A DNA stretch of 64,000 nucleotides from the human T2T-CHM13v2.0 reference genome, Homo sapiens. This document shows, piece by piece, positions 27,991 to 41,021 of the stretch (its first letter is position 1; each line of letters opens with the position of its first letter). A program made the position numbers and the translations under genes. The stretch lies in NCBI RefSeq assembly GCF_009914755.1, contig NC_060926.1, one strand, 5' to 3'. Under the pieces are notes generated by a model. The model ran no database searches. It saw nothing but the letters and a program-made list of their open reading frames with translations, and was not told where the DNA came from.

Positions 27991-30900
27991 ACAAGGGGGA
28001 ACATCAGATCCCAGATCAAATCCAGTTACCCCAGGATAGCCATGAAGGGCTGTTCCAGCATGATCCTGTGTAGCAGGCCCGGCAGAACATCAGGTCTACA
28101 TTGCTGCAGAAAGGTCCAGGGGCTCTGAGAAGGGAGTGTGAGCCAAGATGAGATCCTGATTTAACGCGGGTATGGCTTGGGAGCTTAGAGAAGATTGAGG
28201 CTTGGATAAAGGTGAACAATAGAAGAAAAAAGAAAGGCAATGAGAAAAGCCAAGGAAAGCAAGAGTCATGGTCCAAATGTGAAGTACACAAAGCAATTGA
28301 TAGAATGTAAGAATAGCAAGTCTGTTTGACCTTAATGCTAGGAACAGTTTCTTTTGAGGCTGAGGGCTTCTGATACTGCTCCCAGACAGAAAAAGGAAAA
28401 TCAGAATACAGTTTGGTTCAGCACTGAGTAATACTTATTTGGCTATGTAAAAGAATAGATGACTGAATTGTGGTTAAAAGTCAAAATGTAAGTGGTAATA
28501 GGTCCTGTAAGTGTAAAGGTGTAGCTGGTAGATAGCAAGACATGGAGAAACTAAGAGGAAAGTTTGGAAGGAAGAATCCAAATGCTCATAGCTTTGTCTC
28601 ACTAACTAGGGAATCAAGATTTCTGTCAAAAGTTGAAGGGAAAATAGAGGTTTAAATCTTTAAAACTCAGAGTAGCAAATAGAGGAACTAAATCTAGTTA
28701 TTAAACATAGGATGGGAGGTGGCAGTTTGTTCTTTCCTTTTCATATTATGGGGCCAACAGTTATTGCCTAAAGCTGATAAATCAATACATATATAATAAT
28801 CCAGAATTATGGAGAAGTAAATCCAGAATGAAAAGTAAGAGGTTTGTCCGGAGTGTGGGGCTTGGGATGAGTTTGGAATCTGTTGCTTTCTACCGTTAAG
28901 TCTTTTATTTTTTGATTTCCTATCATTTGTACTTATTACTTTAGCAAAAATTAAATTCTGAGTTTGAAAATGGGTTAAATGTAAAGGTGACACAATTGCC
29001 ACATAATGCTACTTTCTAACTTTTTAGGTCTTAATTTGGACAAACTAAGCAGGCTGTGTTTTAAATTAAGCAATAATAGTGTTCTTGTTCTAATGGTGCA
29101 ATATTTCATGTTTCCTCTGACCAGCTTGCATAGCTAGGGGCAGAATCTTTAATCCTTGAGGAAATGAATTATTGCCAAAGACAGTGAAGCAAAGCTGCCA
29201 TTGTTCTTGGAGTTTTAAAAGTGTCCCAGTGTTTAGAACTTTTGATTTGAAGTATTTATGCAAAAGTATACCAGCTCTCTTTGGGGGAGAACTTGAATAT
29301 ATGAAACGGATGTGGCTTACTTGAAGAATTTTGAAATAACCTTGTGTTCATAGCATGATAGTGAGTCCTGAGTCTCTGTGCCCAGAGCTCTGATTAGACT
29401 CCAAAGACCTGAATTTATATCATATTCCCAGTTACTGTTATACTTATATCGTTAGATTTTTACATTCCATTTTAGTATCTCAGTGTTTATTTCTTATCGT
29501 TAAAGATGATTTTGTGGTTTTGAGTTTTGCCTTTTAAGTGTGGGTTTCTGATATGCTGAAATCCCAAGGCAGTTTTTATTTCGGTGCAGCTTTAAAATTC
29601 AGTGGAGGTCATTGTCCACTGGCCGGTTTTGAAATGATCTTAGTTCACACCCAGATTCTTGCCCTTTGTTTAGTTTTTCTTGCCTTGACCGCATATGGGA
29701 ATAGACCTCTCAGGCTCTGCTCTGTTAATTTCTATCACCTCCCTACAAAGGCCCTAACTCATATCCCTTGGTCCCTGTGGCTCTGAAGGTCGAGTTGTCA
29801 CATAGCTCTTTCCTCCTTCAAACGTACTGGGATGGTCAGTAATGAGTGCTGCAGCTGCCCTGGTCCTAGGAGTTGCTGTGAGCATCCTGGTAGTGCCCAG
29901 AGAGTACCTGCTTTTCACACTGAACCATCTGGGTGGCCTGGGCCCAGTTTTTGGCATTTAAGGGCCTTGGAGGGAAAGGGAAGAAAGCTGGAATTTGAGC
30001 ATAAATTGGATTTTGTGTGGGCTGAGGGTCCTCCTAGGTGTAGACTGTCCCTCCTGGACCTGTACCCACTCTGCTAGCTCAGGAGCCAACCATGTCCTGA
30101 ACAGCTTAGACCAGCACCCAGACCCTAAATGACCTAGATTAGGAAGTAGATAGGTTGTTCTCTGCTGTCATTGTTTGGACACAGCTCTATTTACCTTATT
30201 TATTGTTCCTGCTAGGCACAGCCTCAGCTAATGGGCTGTGATCTCCTGCCTTTAAGGCTGGTTCCAGGCGAATTAAGAGCCTTTGCTTGTTTCCCAAACC
30301 AGGGAGGGCAGCTTTACCTTGAGGATGAAGGCGCCTCCAGTTGCTGAATGTGGTTGGGGTTACTGTGTTCTCTCATCAAGGTGTAGCTTTACCTTACCTT
30401 TCGGTGATGGGTTCTGCCACCTTATCGCGGTGGGTCCCAGGAGACCGGGCGCAACTGGAGCAGGGGCGCCCTCTGCTGCTGGGTGTCAGCTCTTCCTCCC
30501 ACGGCTGCCCAGGGGATTTGCAAGGGGCGGTGGAACACTCCTGCTTCCTCCATCCCCTGTGGGACCACCTGAGGTGGAGGAAGGACAGTGCCAGGACCAT
30601 GTGCAGGCTGAGCTCGCCCAGAGGCGGTGCAACAGCTAACGTTATTCTCTGTGGGTACATTTCTCTTGTCGTTTGCAGGTCTCTTTTCGAATCTGTTGTC
30701 CTTTTTCCCCAAACCAGCCTGCTGCCCCCATCCTGCCATGTGGTCTGCTGTCATCTGCAGTAGCCGCCGCATGTAAGACACGAGGACCTCTTCTGCAAGA
30801 GCTTGGTGTGGGCATTTGTGAAATTTTGTCACCACAGCCCCTGTAACCAGCCAACAAATTCGAGTTAAATGCCTATTCTTTGTCCCACACGTATTAGTTA

Positions 30901-32509
30901 CAGAGAGTGGAGAACAAGTGGCAGATAGAGGCTGAGGGAAGCCAACCCACTCTGAGGGACTGGGCATGTAAATGGGACAACCTCCACAGCTTTTTAAACC
31001 ACAGGACACCCAAAAGCAGCTGTACCCTGCAGGACACAGCAGGCTACAGAAGCCTGGGGTTCAGAGGGTCTCTGACCCTTCGTCCTTTAGCGCTGCTGAC
31101 CAGGCTGCTGATCCTCGACCCCTTCTTGTCACCCATTGTGTCCCTCTTCTCCCTTTTCTCTGGCTCCTTCCCTTGCAGCCTTTGCATATGCTGTGTTCCT
31201 TACCTGGCCACCTCCAGTCCCGCTGTCATCTCTTAGTGACATCCTCCCTTCCTCTCCAGCAGGTGCTGGTGCCCACAGCACTCTGTACCATCCTCTCATT
31301 GCCTCTAGCTCCCTGTGGTTTCATGACCTCATGACCTGTTCACGGATCAGGCTTCCCCAGGCCAGAGATTGAGGAGTGGGGGCAATTCCTTATTCATCCT
31401 AGGAGGCTCTTAATCAGCGTTTGTTGAGTGAATAGGTGAACGAATGTGGGAATGGGATAAACAGGAAATAAGCCCTGTGCCTGCCTTAGGTAACTTAGTA
31501 GCCACCTTGGGTGTGGGTGAGAAGAGGAAGTGGTTAGGAAGACACACAGTTAAGACAATGGGACTCCTGTGCTGCTTTTTCTAGGCTTCTCTTTGCTGGT
31601 GGTTACCTTTACAGGAAATCTCTTACCCAGCCTTCACTCCACCCAACTGCAATAATGCTTTTCTTCCTTCCCCTCTACTTGGCTCTATTATCTTAACTTT
31701 TATCAGCATACAGAACAGTTTTGGTTGTGATGTTTTATTTGTGTAAGTTTTGCCCTTTCAACTAGGTTGTAAACTTGAAATCCTGGGTTTTACTTCCTAA
31801 GCAGCTTTGTAAAGAAATGGAGACAACATTGCACCAAGATAATTTTTGTCATGGCCACCCACTAGCTGTGAGATCTTGGGGGATGAGTAATTAAGCTCCT
31901 CAAGGCCTCTGTTTCTTTATCTGTAAAACTGGAGGACTGGTCTCTCTCAGGGGCTTCCAGTGTGAAAGTCCTGGGGTTCTGGGCCTCTGATCCTGGCACC
32001 CCACTTATCCCTTCCAGCACCCTCCACATGACTCCACCTCTGACATCTGCCAAGTACAGTAATTTAACACATTCACCTTATAGTCTAGGCAGTTCACCTC
32101 CCAGGTACTTGTTTGTTGGCATTCCTGGGATCGGGGACATCACTGGAATAGGAGTGGAGCAGACCTGTGGGGACCCTTGTGGCCCCGGCCTTGCCTCTGT
32201 CCTCTGTCAAGAAGGTTCAGGCACCAAGGACACTGCTCCAGTTCCTAATTTAAAAGTCTGTGTGTCAGTTCTGTACCTTGGTGTGTGCTGTTTTGTTCCT
32301 TCAAATGTAGGGTGGGTTTGGAGGTGGGGGCTGACTGTGACTGTCCAGGGATCTGGGAGGAAGGACAGTGCTGGGGCTATGTGTTATCCATGAGCCACCC
32401 CTCCTTCTCTGTCTGGGCATCATCTGGCCCCCCTCCCTGCTTTCCAGGTACACTTGCCTCCGGTGGCACCTGCTGCATGATATTGGTTTAAAAAAAATAT
32501 GTTGAATCC

Positions 32510-34270
32510 TTTATTGGAATGATTCCTTTATTGGGACCCAACAGGCATGAAGGTAATAGAGACTATTTGGTTTGTATTTTCATTTGTTTTGCTTTTGCTT
32601 CTGAGATTTGTGGGTTTCTTGATGGCCAGGAGTGGCTTGTTTTCTGTTGTAAGAATTTGTTGTTTGTACAGGTTCGTGTTCCCAGTCCTTTTCCTCAGCT
32701 CCAGCCTTGTTTCCAAAACTCTCAGCTCTTGGTTTATCTCTGTCCAGTCAGGTGTGTGTTCTTTGTCTTTGTTTCTTGTCCTAGTTGTTCCATGAGTCAG
32801 CCAGGCCTCAAAGATTGTAAACCTGATGGTGAGTAAAGGTGTTAGCAAAAGAGACCTAGCAACAAGGTCATTGGATCTCTAAAGAGCCTGTCAAGCTGTG
32901 AGATGGTGAAATTTTAAGGACTGTGGATTTGGACTGGGGGCCTCCTTATAGGAGATAAAAACACTCGGCTGGGGAGAAGAAGGAATATTACAGTGCCTAG
33001 TACATAAGTGGAGCTACACCAGTTGTCCCTGAATCCTTTGTGGGAGACTGATAGGATGAGAGAGGACGAACTCTTGTAATGTGACAAAAGTGCAAGGAAG
33101 TAAGAACTGACTTGGAAGAACAAACATCAACTTGTACACCTCAAATATATCTGCTTTTTATTTGTCCATTCTACCCTAATAAAACTGGAGGGAAAAAAAA
33201 AAAAGAATTGGAAAGAGGCCAAGGCTGCAAGTGAATAATTCAGTCGAGTTGTATCTTACTTACCATTAGGTTCTCTCAATTAGTATATAAACTGAAAATC
33301 TAAGATATAGTCAGAATTACCCTTGAAAACTACCTCAGGAAGGCACAGTGTTAGAAACTGACATATTATTGCTTATTACATTTAGTGTGGCCATTTTTTC
33401 CTTCCATTGTCACAAGTATTTGGTTTCTTCTCTTGAGTTTCATATGATATCCCTGGCATCATAGGGGCTTAGAGGTTGTATTCTTTGAAGAGGGTGTCTT
33501 TTAAACACCAGATCATACCCAGCAAGAAATGCTGATACTATGAGAGACAGGCCTATTTTCCTCGTTTTGGTATCCCCTCTTTGGCTTCCCCTGTTTAGTT
33601 GTGTTTGTGCGTTTTGCATGAACCAGCCATAGGACTCTACATTTGTTCTCACTCACTGCCTAAGCTGTTGAAGAATTAGTGGACTCCTAGACAAAGAATA
33701 ATCCCACTATCTCCTAGTTCTGACTGATTTAACTGTTAAACGTATATTAAATTCAAATCTCCAAATTGTCTCTGTTTCATCAACAGGTTGCTCGTGGGGG
33801 CCCCGCGGGCAGAAGCGCTTCCACTGCAGAGAGCCAACAGAACGGGAGGGCTGTACAGCTGCGACATCACCGCCCGGGGGCCATGCACGCGGATCGAGTT
33901 TGATAACGATGGTGCGTTCCTTTCCCTCACTCAGCGTTCACTCCGGCAGCTTGCCTGTACTGTTTCCATGAGGGAGGAGAGTGGGGACAAACATTTATTC
34001 TTGTAGAGAGGACTTCTTTTAATTGCATCAGACTTGACTGTTTTTTATTTGCCCTGAAAATATTTACTTACTTTACTTCTGAATCATACTGGGATGCCGC
34101 GTGTTTTGCTGCTCCTCCTAACCGTGGTTTCTAAACCGATATGGTGTAGGGATGTTGCCACCTAGTGATGTGTTGAGGTTCTGCAGGAGGTTGTGGAAAA
34201 ACTCATTTCATAGCAATGAAGAGAATGAATGAGCGTATCTTGTATTCATCAGCCAAAAGTTCTCACATGC
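32510..34270 (-). ncRNA. Probable antisense lncRNA across exon 2 (ITGA6-AS1-like); boundaries approximate
   Basis: Minus-strand signals: AAA|GTAAGT donor at 34071, (T)12-CCCTCCAG acceptor at 33185, two AATAAA at 32510-32515 and 32527-32532. I recall an antisense lncRNA annotated here but cannot verify it; the 34270 end comes from that recollection. Confidence 0.4.
33787..33911 (+). CDS. ITGA6: ITGA6 exon 2 (LLVGAPRAEALPLQ...RIEFDND), 125 nt
   Basis: caacag|G acceptor and G|gtgcgt donor; contains a VGAP motif; matches ORF 33788. Confidence 0.96.
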
Positions 34271-34584
34271 TGTTAAAATATTTGGGAGAAAGACAGTTTT
34301 AAATATCAGACCCCTTTGGAATGAGAGCTGGCTAACAGAGATAAAGTTTTCCCTCCTGTCTCAGATAGAGACTTGTTTTGTTAAGGGCTCTGGATAGGTA
34401 GAAGATACCATGAGGTAGGCATGTTGACATCCAGTGTACCTGGCTTCTTGTAGGTTGAGCAGAGCAATTAGTGTACTGAGAAGCTCTAGCCAAACCTCGT
34501 TTGATATGTTCGGTCTAAGTAGATTTGCAGATTCGTGTCTATGTTCTTCTCTTGCTTCTTCATCTTTTAGAAATAACATTTGTT

Positions 34585-34879
34585 GGCCAGGCGGCGGTGG
34601 CTCACACCTGTAATCCTAGCATTTTGGGAGGCCGAGTTGGGTGGATCATTTGAGGTCAGGAGTTCAAGACCAGCCTGGCCAACATGGTGAAACCCCATCT
34701 CTACTAAAAATACAAAAATTAGCCAGGCGTGGTGGTGTACGCCTGTAGTCCTAGCTACTTAGGAGGCTGAGGCGTGAGAATTGTTTGAACCTGGGAGGCA
34801 GAGGCTGCAGTGAGCCAAAATCGTGCCACTACACTCCAGCCTGGGTGACAGAGCAAGATACCATCTCAAGAAAAGAAAT
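34585..34879 (+). mobile_element. Alu (AluS-like), intron 2
   Basis: Dimer; TSD agaaataacat(t/g)tgtt. Confidence 0.93.
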
Positions 34880-35728
34880 AACATGTGTTCTTTTATTAGA
34901 AACTAATATGTGTTAATTTTAAGAAGCTGGTAAAATACACAGACCTATGAAGAATAAAAAAACCCACTGGCAATCTCAGTATCTAGACTTATTTTTTAAC
35001 ATTTTGGCATTTTTCCTTCTGTCTAAAGTTGTTTAATGTTTTTGTAATGATTCAAGATTAAAACCTGTGTCTGTATTGCTACTTATGGAGGAGTGCAAAA
35101 TTTGGATATAGGTCACACAGTGGGTTTAAATTGATACTGAAATGAGCACCTGGTGGTGTTTGTGGTCCCCGTCTCTCTGACTAACAGTAACTCTCCTGTT
35201 TGGCATTGATACATTGTCAGCTACAAGATCCTAAAGTAAATCTGAGTCTTTTTCTTCCATCTCCAGTAAAGAAGAGAACATTTAATGCTGTTAAATAAAA
35301 AAATTGGGGAGTATATAGAGAAGTACCCATTTTTTTTGTTAGTTTGGATGGTAGCTGCAGTTTGGAATACTAGATTTTACATTGTTGCCTTAAGAGATGT
35401 ATTTTGGAGGGCTCCCTTAGTCTTACAGTTTCACTTACCTTCTGCATTCAGGACCCTAGGTATCAAGAGAGGGCAAAGGGTATTGTTGGACAAAATAGGC
35501 AACTATATAGAGCTAAGTACTTTATGTTTCAAATGTTTGAAAGATTCCAAAAACCACATCTCTGTTTCCTTGAGATGACAAGTAATTTTTCTGGATTGAG
35601 TAACTGAATTTATTGAGTAGCTAGACTCAGAGTCGAGGCCATTTGGAAACAGTTGCTTGTATTTTTGTTCAGTGATGGTTTCTAGCATGTGCAGTCACTT
35701 GGAAGGCTAACTATGCTCCTTTCTACAG

Positions 35729-35808
35729 CTGACCCCACGTCAGAAAGCAAGGAAGATCAGTGGATGGGGGTCACCGTCCAGAGCCAAGGTCCAGGGGGCA
35801 AGGTCGTG
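35729..35808 (+). CDS. ITGA6: ITGA6 exon 3 (ADPTSESKEDQWMGVTVQSQGPGGKVV), 80 nt
   Basis: ttctacag| acceptor and GTG|gtaagt donor; phase continues from exon 2. Confidence 0.96.
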
Positions 35809-35951
35809 GTAAGTGTAGAGACACATGTTCATCCTATACTGTTGGACTGCTGGTTATGTGCCAGCACCAGGCTTACAGCAGGGGACAGCAGGGAGCATAC
35901 ATTCTAGCGAACTTACTGCTTTAAAGCAGGAATGGATGTCAAAAAGAAATC

Positions 35952-36217
35952 AGACTGGGCGTGGTGGCTCATGCCTGTAATCTCAATACTTTGTGAGGCC
36001 AAGGCGGGCGGATCACCTGAGGTCAGGGGTTTGAGACCAGCCTGACCAATATGATGAAACCCCATCTCTACTAAAAATACAAAAATTAGCTGGGCGTAGT
36101 GGCATGCGCCTGTAATCCCAGCTACTTGGGAGACTGAGACAGGAGAATCGCTTGAACCTGGGAGGTGGAGGTTGCAAGAGCAAAACTCCATCTCAAAAAA
36201 AAGAAAAAAAAAGAAGA
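35952..36217 (+). mobile_element. Alu with right-arm deletion, intron 3
   Basis: gaggttgca joined directly to agagcaaaactcc. Confidence 0.9.
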
Positions 36218-37372
36218 AGTAATCACGTAATCAAAGCCTTATTTCTCCTGTGATTCCTGATATACTTAGAAGCAATCACACAACCTACTTTTCTTTAGAA
36301 CTTTCAGATTTAAATAACTTATTAAAGAACCTTTACTAAATATTCCTACAACTCTAGATGGTATTAAAAACAAAACAAAACTAGACATCATTTCTGTCCT
36401 TGGAATTTTATAGCTTTATAGATAAGTTAGTAAAAATATGGGCATGGTCTTAGAAAGTAATAACCAGGTAGTTTTAACCTCTTGTTATTTATTCTGAGTT
36501 TTTTCAAATAGAAGGGATAGCAAAGAAAAGAGGGTTTGTTAGGTGGATTGGGCTAGATGGTCATGGTAAGGCCTTCCTGGTTGGAATATGATCTTTTTGT
36601 CTCCTTCAAAATCTGGTTGCTGTAACGAAATTTATACAGAATTTTGAGAAAAAAAATTTAGTGAACATTGAGTTTTGATATTTAAGGAATGACATTTATG
36701 GAAAATTGATTTGATACTGTATTTTTAGGCTGTGTTTACATGGAGGTTAGCCATTCATACCCTGTAGAAATTATAGAGATTATTTCTGTCTCTTCTGGCC
36801 TTGTAATTCTCTCTGCCTTTTAAAAGTAGGCATATTTTGGGAAATAATCTCAGAGCTCAGGGTGTAAGTTAGGACTGATTACAAGGAAATAGTGTGGGGA
36901 AAAGGAAATGTCTTTGTTTTAGCTGTGTTTGTTTGATCCCTATGAAAACAGGTCCATGATTTCTCTCCTCTAGAACATAATTACCCACTTTCACACTGAT
37001 GTTCTGAAGGTTTATACAGCCACTAAAAGCCAATTTGAATTAAGAAAATGAAATAAGGTGTTTCTCTTTGTTTATGTGACAGGTAAATTTACAAATAAAT
37101 TGCCTATGGATACAGATTGTCATTCAATTTTGGATTGGAGGATTATTCTGAGTGAGAATAAGGCACATTCTAGTTTCTATATGTCTTCATAATGGTCTCC
37201 TTAGTGCCACTTTGGGGAATATTTGCTGGTCTGGGATCCGGTCCCAAGATGAGGACATGCTTAATCATCCTCTTTAGAATTAACCTCTGTATTGACCATT
37301 TTATTCATATGTAATTTTTTAAAAACAAGGTTTATAGACAAGAATGGGCTACTTTCTTCCATCTGCTTGCAG

Positions 37373-37628
37373 ACATGTGCTCACCGATATGAAAAAAGGC
37401 AGCATGTTAATACGAAGCAGGAATCCCGAGACATCTTTGGGCGGTGTTATGTCCTGAGTCAGAATCTCAGGATTGAAGACGATATGGATGGGGGAGATTG
37501 GAGCTTTTGTGATGGGCGATTGAGAGGCCATGAGAAATTTGGCTCTTGCCAGCAAGGTGTAGCAGCTACTTTTACTAAAGACTTTCATTACATTGTATTT
37601 GGAGCCCCGGGTACTTATAACTGGAAAG
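37373..37628 (+). CDS. ITGA6: ITGA6 exon 4 (TCAHRYEKRQ...FGAPGTYNWK), 256 nt
   Basis: cttgcag| acceptor and AAAG|gtatga donor; contains FGAP. Confidence 0.96.
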
Positions 37629-39221
37629 GTATGACCTTTGTATTTATAGAAATAGAGATTAGTTCCCCTAATTTCTGTAATATGATTTAGTACATTTTGA
37701 GCTAAAATGTGTTAGAAGACATTCGTATATTATAAAAGTTGGGTAGGATATTAAAAATCTCTAAATGATATGATTTTTAAAAGCTAATAATAGTGGAATA
37801 TATGTTTTGGTGTTGACATTCTTTTCCCCTCTACCAGTACTTTACTTTAATTCAGGTAGTTAACTTTTTTTTAGCAGGAATATAATAATTAACATTAGTA
37901 TTTTTTGCTGTTTTAGATTTGTGCGACTCATGAAGCTGGAAGTGTTAATTTTAAGTTAGTGATCTGAAAACTTAGGAGGATTAAATAATGGTATATACAA
38001 ATAACAGTGTATTAACATGGACATTAATAACAGAGTATTAATATGGACATTTCTCTCTGTATATGTTATTTTCAAAGGCCATGCTTTGCTAATAATTCAG
38101 TAGAGTTAGAAGGGCAGATTACAGACGAATTGGGGAATTTTGAGGTATAATTTCAGATATGTGAGGAAAAGTCGTTTGATTATTGTGATGTGAGTAAATG
38201 GAGATGTAGAGAGGTAAAGAAGAAAATGGCCCACATTTTTTGACTGTGTATGTATAGAAAATGCTATATCATAAAAGACAACCTAACTCTCATCCATGAT
38301 GAAGAGAACTGCATCTGATTTGGAAATAAGCCATTTTTGAGAAATGTATTAATAATAAGTCACATAACACTTTCACTCATCAGGGAAAACTTAGGAAAAT
38401 GGTCCCTTTTCCATTCAACAATTTGTTTTAATTGTGGTTCTAAATGACTCTTGAACACCTTTCTCTGTGTGCAATCTTCAAGGGTAATTTCCCTTTGCCC
38501 CCACCTCCACCCCAACAGAATCTTCATGTACAGTATTTCCCAGGTTATTTTGACCTAACTGAAATAACATGTTGAATTTAGTTTTATTTTAGCATGAATA
38601 AATGCTTTATATAGTAAAACAAAACAAAAATATCCACCAATTATGTATATTTTAATTCATGGAAAATATGGTTTACCTGCTTTATAAACCTGACCTAAAA
38701 TGTCGCCATTTAAAGCCATATAGTGATTTGGGCTTACTATATGAAATCTTATGTTTTAAATTACTAATTGTAAGAATTTTTAAAAGATGAAATCTTGGTT
38801 AAAGTGATCTAAAGAAAAGATCAATATGTCTCACTTTTACACTGCAAAAAAAAGACAAATTGAGGCAGGATTACAGAGAATGTAAAATATATATATCAAG
38901 TTCATGTCATTTAAAAATTGGTTCTCTGTAGATTTTGTTAACTAAGCAAACCTTCCATTTTTCATCTAGTTTCATGGCATTATAAAGATAGTTCATGAAA
39001 ATGCATGGGACAGTTTTTAATGACTCAAACAAATTTCTTTCCCATAAAAATTTACACAAATGTATTTTACAACCATAAAAGTCATCTCTGTCCTTCCTTT
39101 TTTTCCTCCAAATTTTTTTTCCTGTAACTAGTGATAGCATGGGGGATGTTTATTAGGAACCATTTATTTTCTTTTGTTTCATCTTCATTTTTTTGTTGTT
39201 TTTACCATTTCATTCCTTTAG

Positions 39222-39353
39222 GGATTGTTCGTGTAGAGCAAAAGAATAACACTTTTTTTGACATGAACATCTTTGAAGATGGGCCTTATGAAGTTGGTGG
39301 AGAGACTGAGCATGATGAAAGTCTCGTTCCTGTTCCTGCTAACAGTTACTTAG
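39222..39353 (+). CDS. ITGA6: ITGA6 exon 5 = X1 (GIVRVEQKNN...PANSYL), 132 nt, phase 1-1
   Basis: Long U-rich tract, tttag| acceptor and TTAG|gtagga donor. Confidence 0.96.
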
Positions 39354-40287
39354 GTAGGAGCAGGCACAGATGGCTGCCTTTGCCCACCTTCTCAGATACC
39401 TTGTGTGAAACTCCCTCGCAGGGCCTATGGCCCCTGGACTTCTAGGCTGAGAAGAGGCCAGGTGGGGCCGGGCCACTTTTGCTGGAATTTGATAAGCTTG
39501 GTGATCTAGAGGCGTTAAACCGACTGATGCCTGGGATCCTTTCCTTCTGACTGGGGCTCCCTCAAAGGGGGAAGAAACCTCTTATCACCTAAAATCATCC
39601 GTCCTCCCTCCTGCTCAGAAGTCTGTCTCTTGAGCTAATGGCAGCCTCCGTAACCTGAAACAGGCCGCTCATGCAGCCATGAAAACATGCATGGGTGTTC
39701 ACAGTAAGCTGAGATCTTTGTTCAGTGCCTCCTTCCAGAGATACTCTTAAGAACTGCATTTAATAAAGTTACTCTTAAGTGGCAAGTCAAGACCTCCAGG
39801 TCCTCCCTCTGTGATTGTGGTTCTCCAAGGATTAGCCCTGCTTCTGGATTGGGACCCCATGTCACAGGGCCCCACAGATGGATAAAAGCTTCCCAGCGGA
39901 GGTTGAGCAGGACTGCTAAAACGGCTTTCAGGACACCCAGACTGTGTCTAAGGGCCAATTCTTAACTCCTAAGGCTTGTTTGCATGACTAATGGGTGTCC
40001 TAAGTTATTCATGTACATTATGGTAATTACACAAAGGCTTTTAAAAGCTTTAATTCTTGGTATGAGTTGACAAAAAGAATAATTACTGTGCATTTCTTGG
40101 AAAAAATGTAAAAAAAAGTCTAAACCCAAATAGTAACCTGTTTAAAAAAAAAAAAAGAAAGTGAAGAAAAGTACCCAGATGTTAGGATATTACTGGAAGA
40201 ATGGAAAGTAAAAAACGAAAAAACAGGTATAGATACATGAATAATTTCAAGCAATGTGCTAGTAAACACGCACTAATAAGTTGTTCA

Positions 40288-40572
40288 GGCCGGGCCTGGT
40301 GGCTCACGCCTATAATCCCAACACTTCGGGAGGCTGAGGCAGGCGGATTACTTGAGGCCAGGAGTTCAAGACCAGCCTGGCCAATGCAGCAAAACCCCTT
40401 CTCTACTAAAAATACAAAAATATTAGCCAGGCGTGGTGGTACACATCTGTAGTCCCAGCTACTCAGGAGCCTGAGGTAGGAGAATCATTTGAGCCTGGGA
40501 GGTTGAGGTTGCAGTAAGCTGTGATTGCAGCACTGCCCTCCAGTCTGGGCAACAGAGCAGGACCTTACCTCA
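40288..40572 (+). mobile_element. Alu without A tail, between X1 and X2
   Basis: Dimer from ggccgggcctggtggctcacg to gaccttacctca. Confidence 0.9.
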
Positions 40573-40960
40573 GAATGTTTCATTTAGGGATTACTTATGA
40601 TTAAAATACTTGATTGTAATTGCACTGGCCAAGAAACCAATACTTTGGTCTTTAAGATGGATGGCTGTGGATTTTATAAATTTACTTGCTGTCAGAACAT
40701 TTGAAAATATGAAGCATTTTTTCTCAAACACATTTGCCACTTTTAGAATGGATTTCCTCAAAAGTGAATGCCTGAGAAAGAAATCAAATTCATATTGTTA
40801 CATTCGGTTTGTCTGTACTGTGTGGAATCTGTCACTTCAAAAGATCAGAGGGTTTGGGGGAACAAAACGATCTGCTTGAGGTTTTGGAAGCTGGCAATGA
40901 GAGCAGCTTGCCGGATGCAGTGGTGGCCTCCTCATCCAGCGAGAACAGCAGTGGCTGTCC

Positions 40961-40997
40961 TGCCTCTTACCAAGCATAATTACTTTTTCTTCAATTT
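40961..40997 (+). repeat. 37-nt direct repeat, copy 1 (over the X2 branch/pyrimidine region)
   Basis: tgcctcttaccaagcAtaattactttttcttcaattt; 36/37 identical to 41790-41826. Confidence 0.95.
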
Positions 40998-41021
40998 CTT
41001 CCGTCCCGTGCATGCGTACAG

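Noticed and set aside
30679-30772. Possible cryptic exon (tttgcag|...CAT|gtaaga) in intron 1
   Set aside because: 94 nt, frameshifting and with no integrin similarity; such site pairs are common in long introns and cannot be supported without RNA data
30422-31009. Longest ORF in the track (195 aa, - strand) and overlapping ORFs at 30283-31372
   Set aside because: Non-ATG starts, no recognisable domain, and ORFs in several frames on both strands; this is expected from locally high GC content
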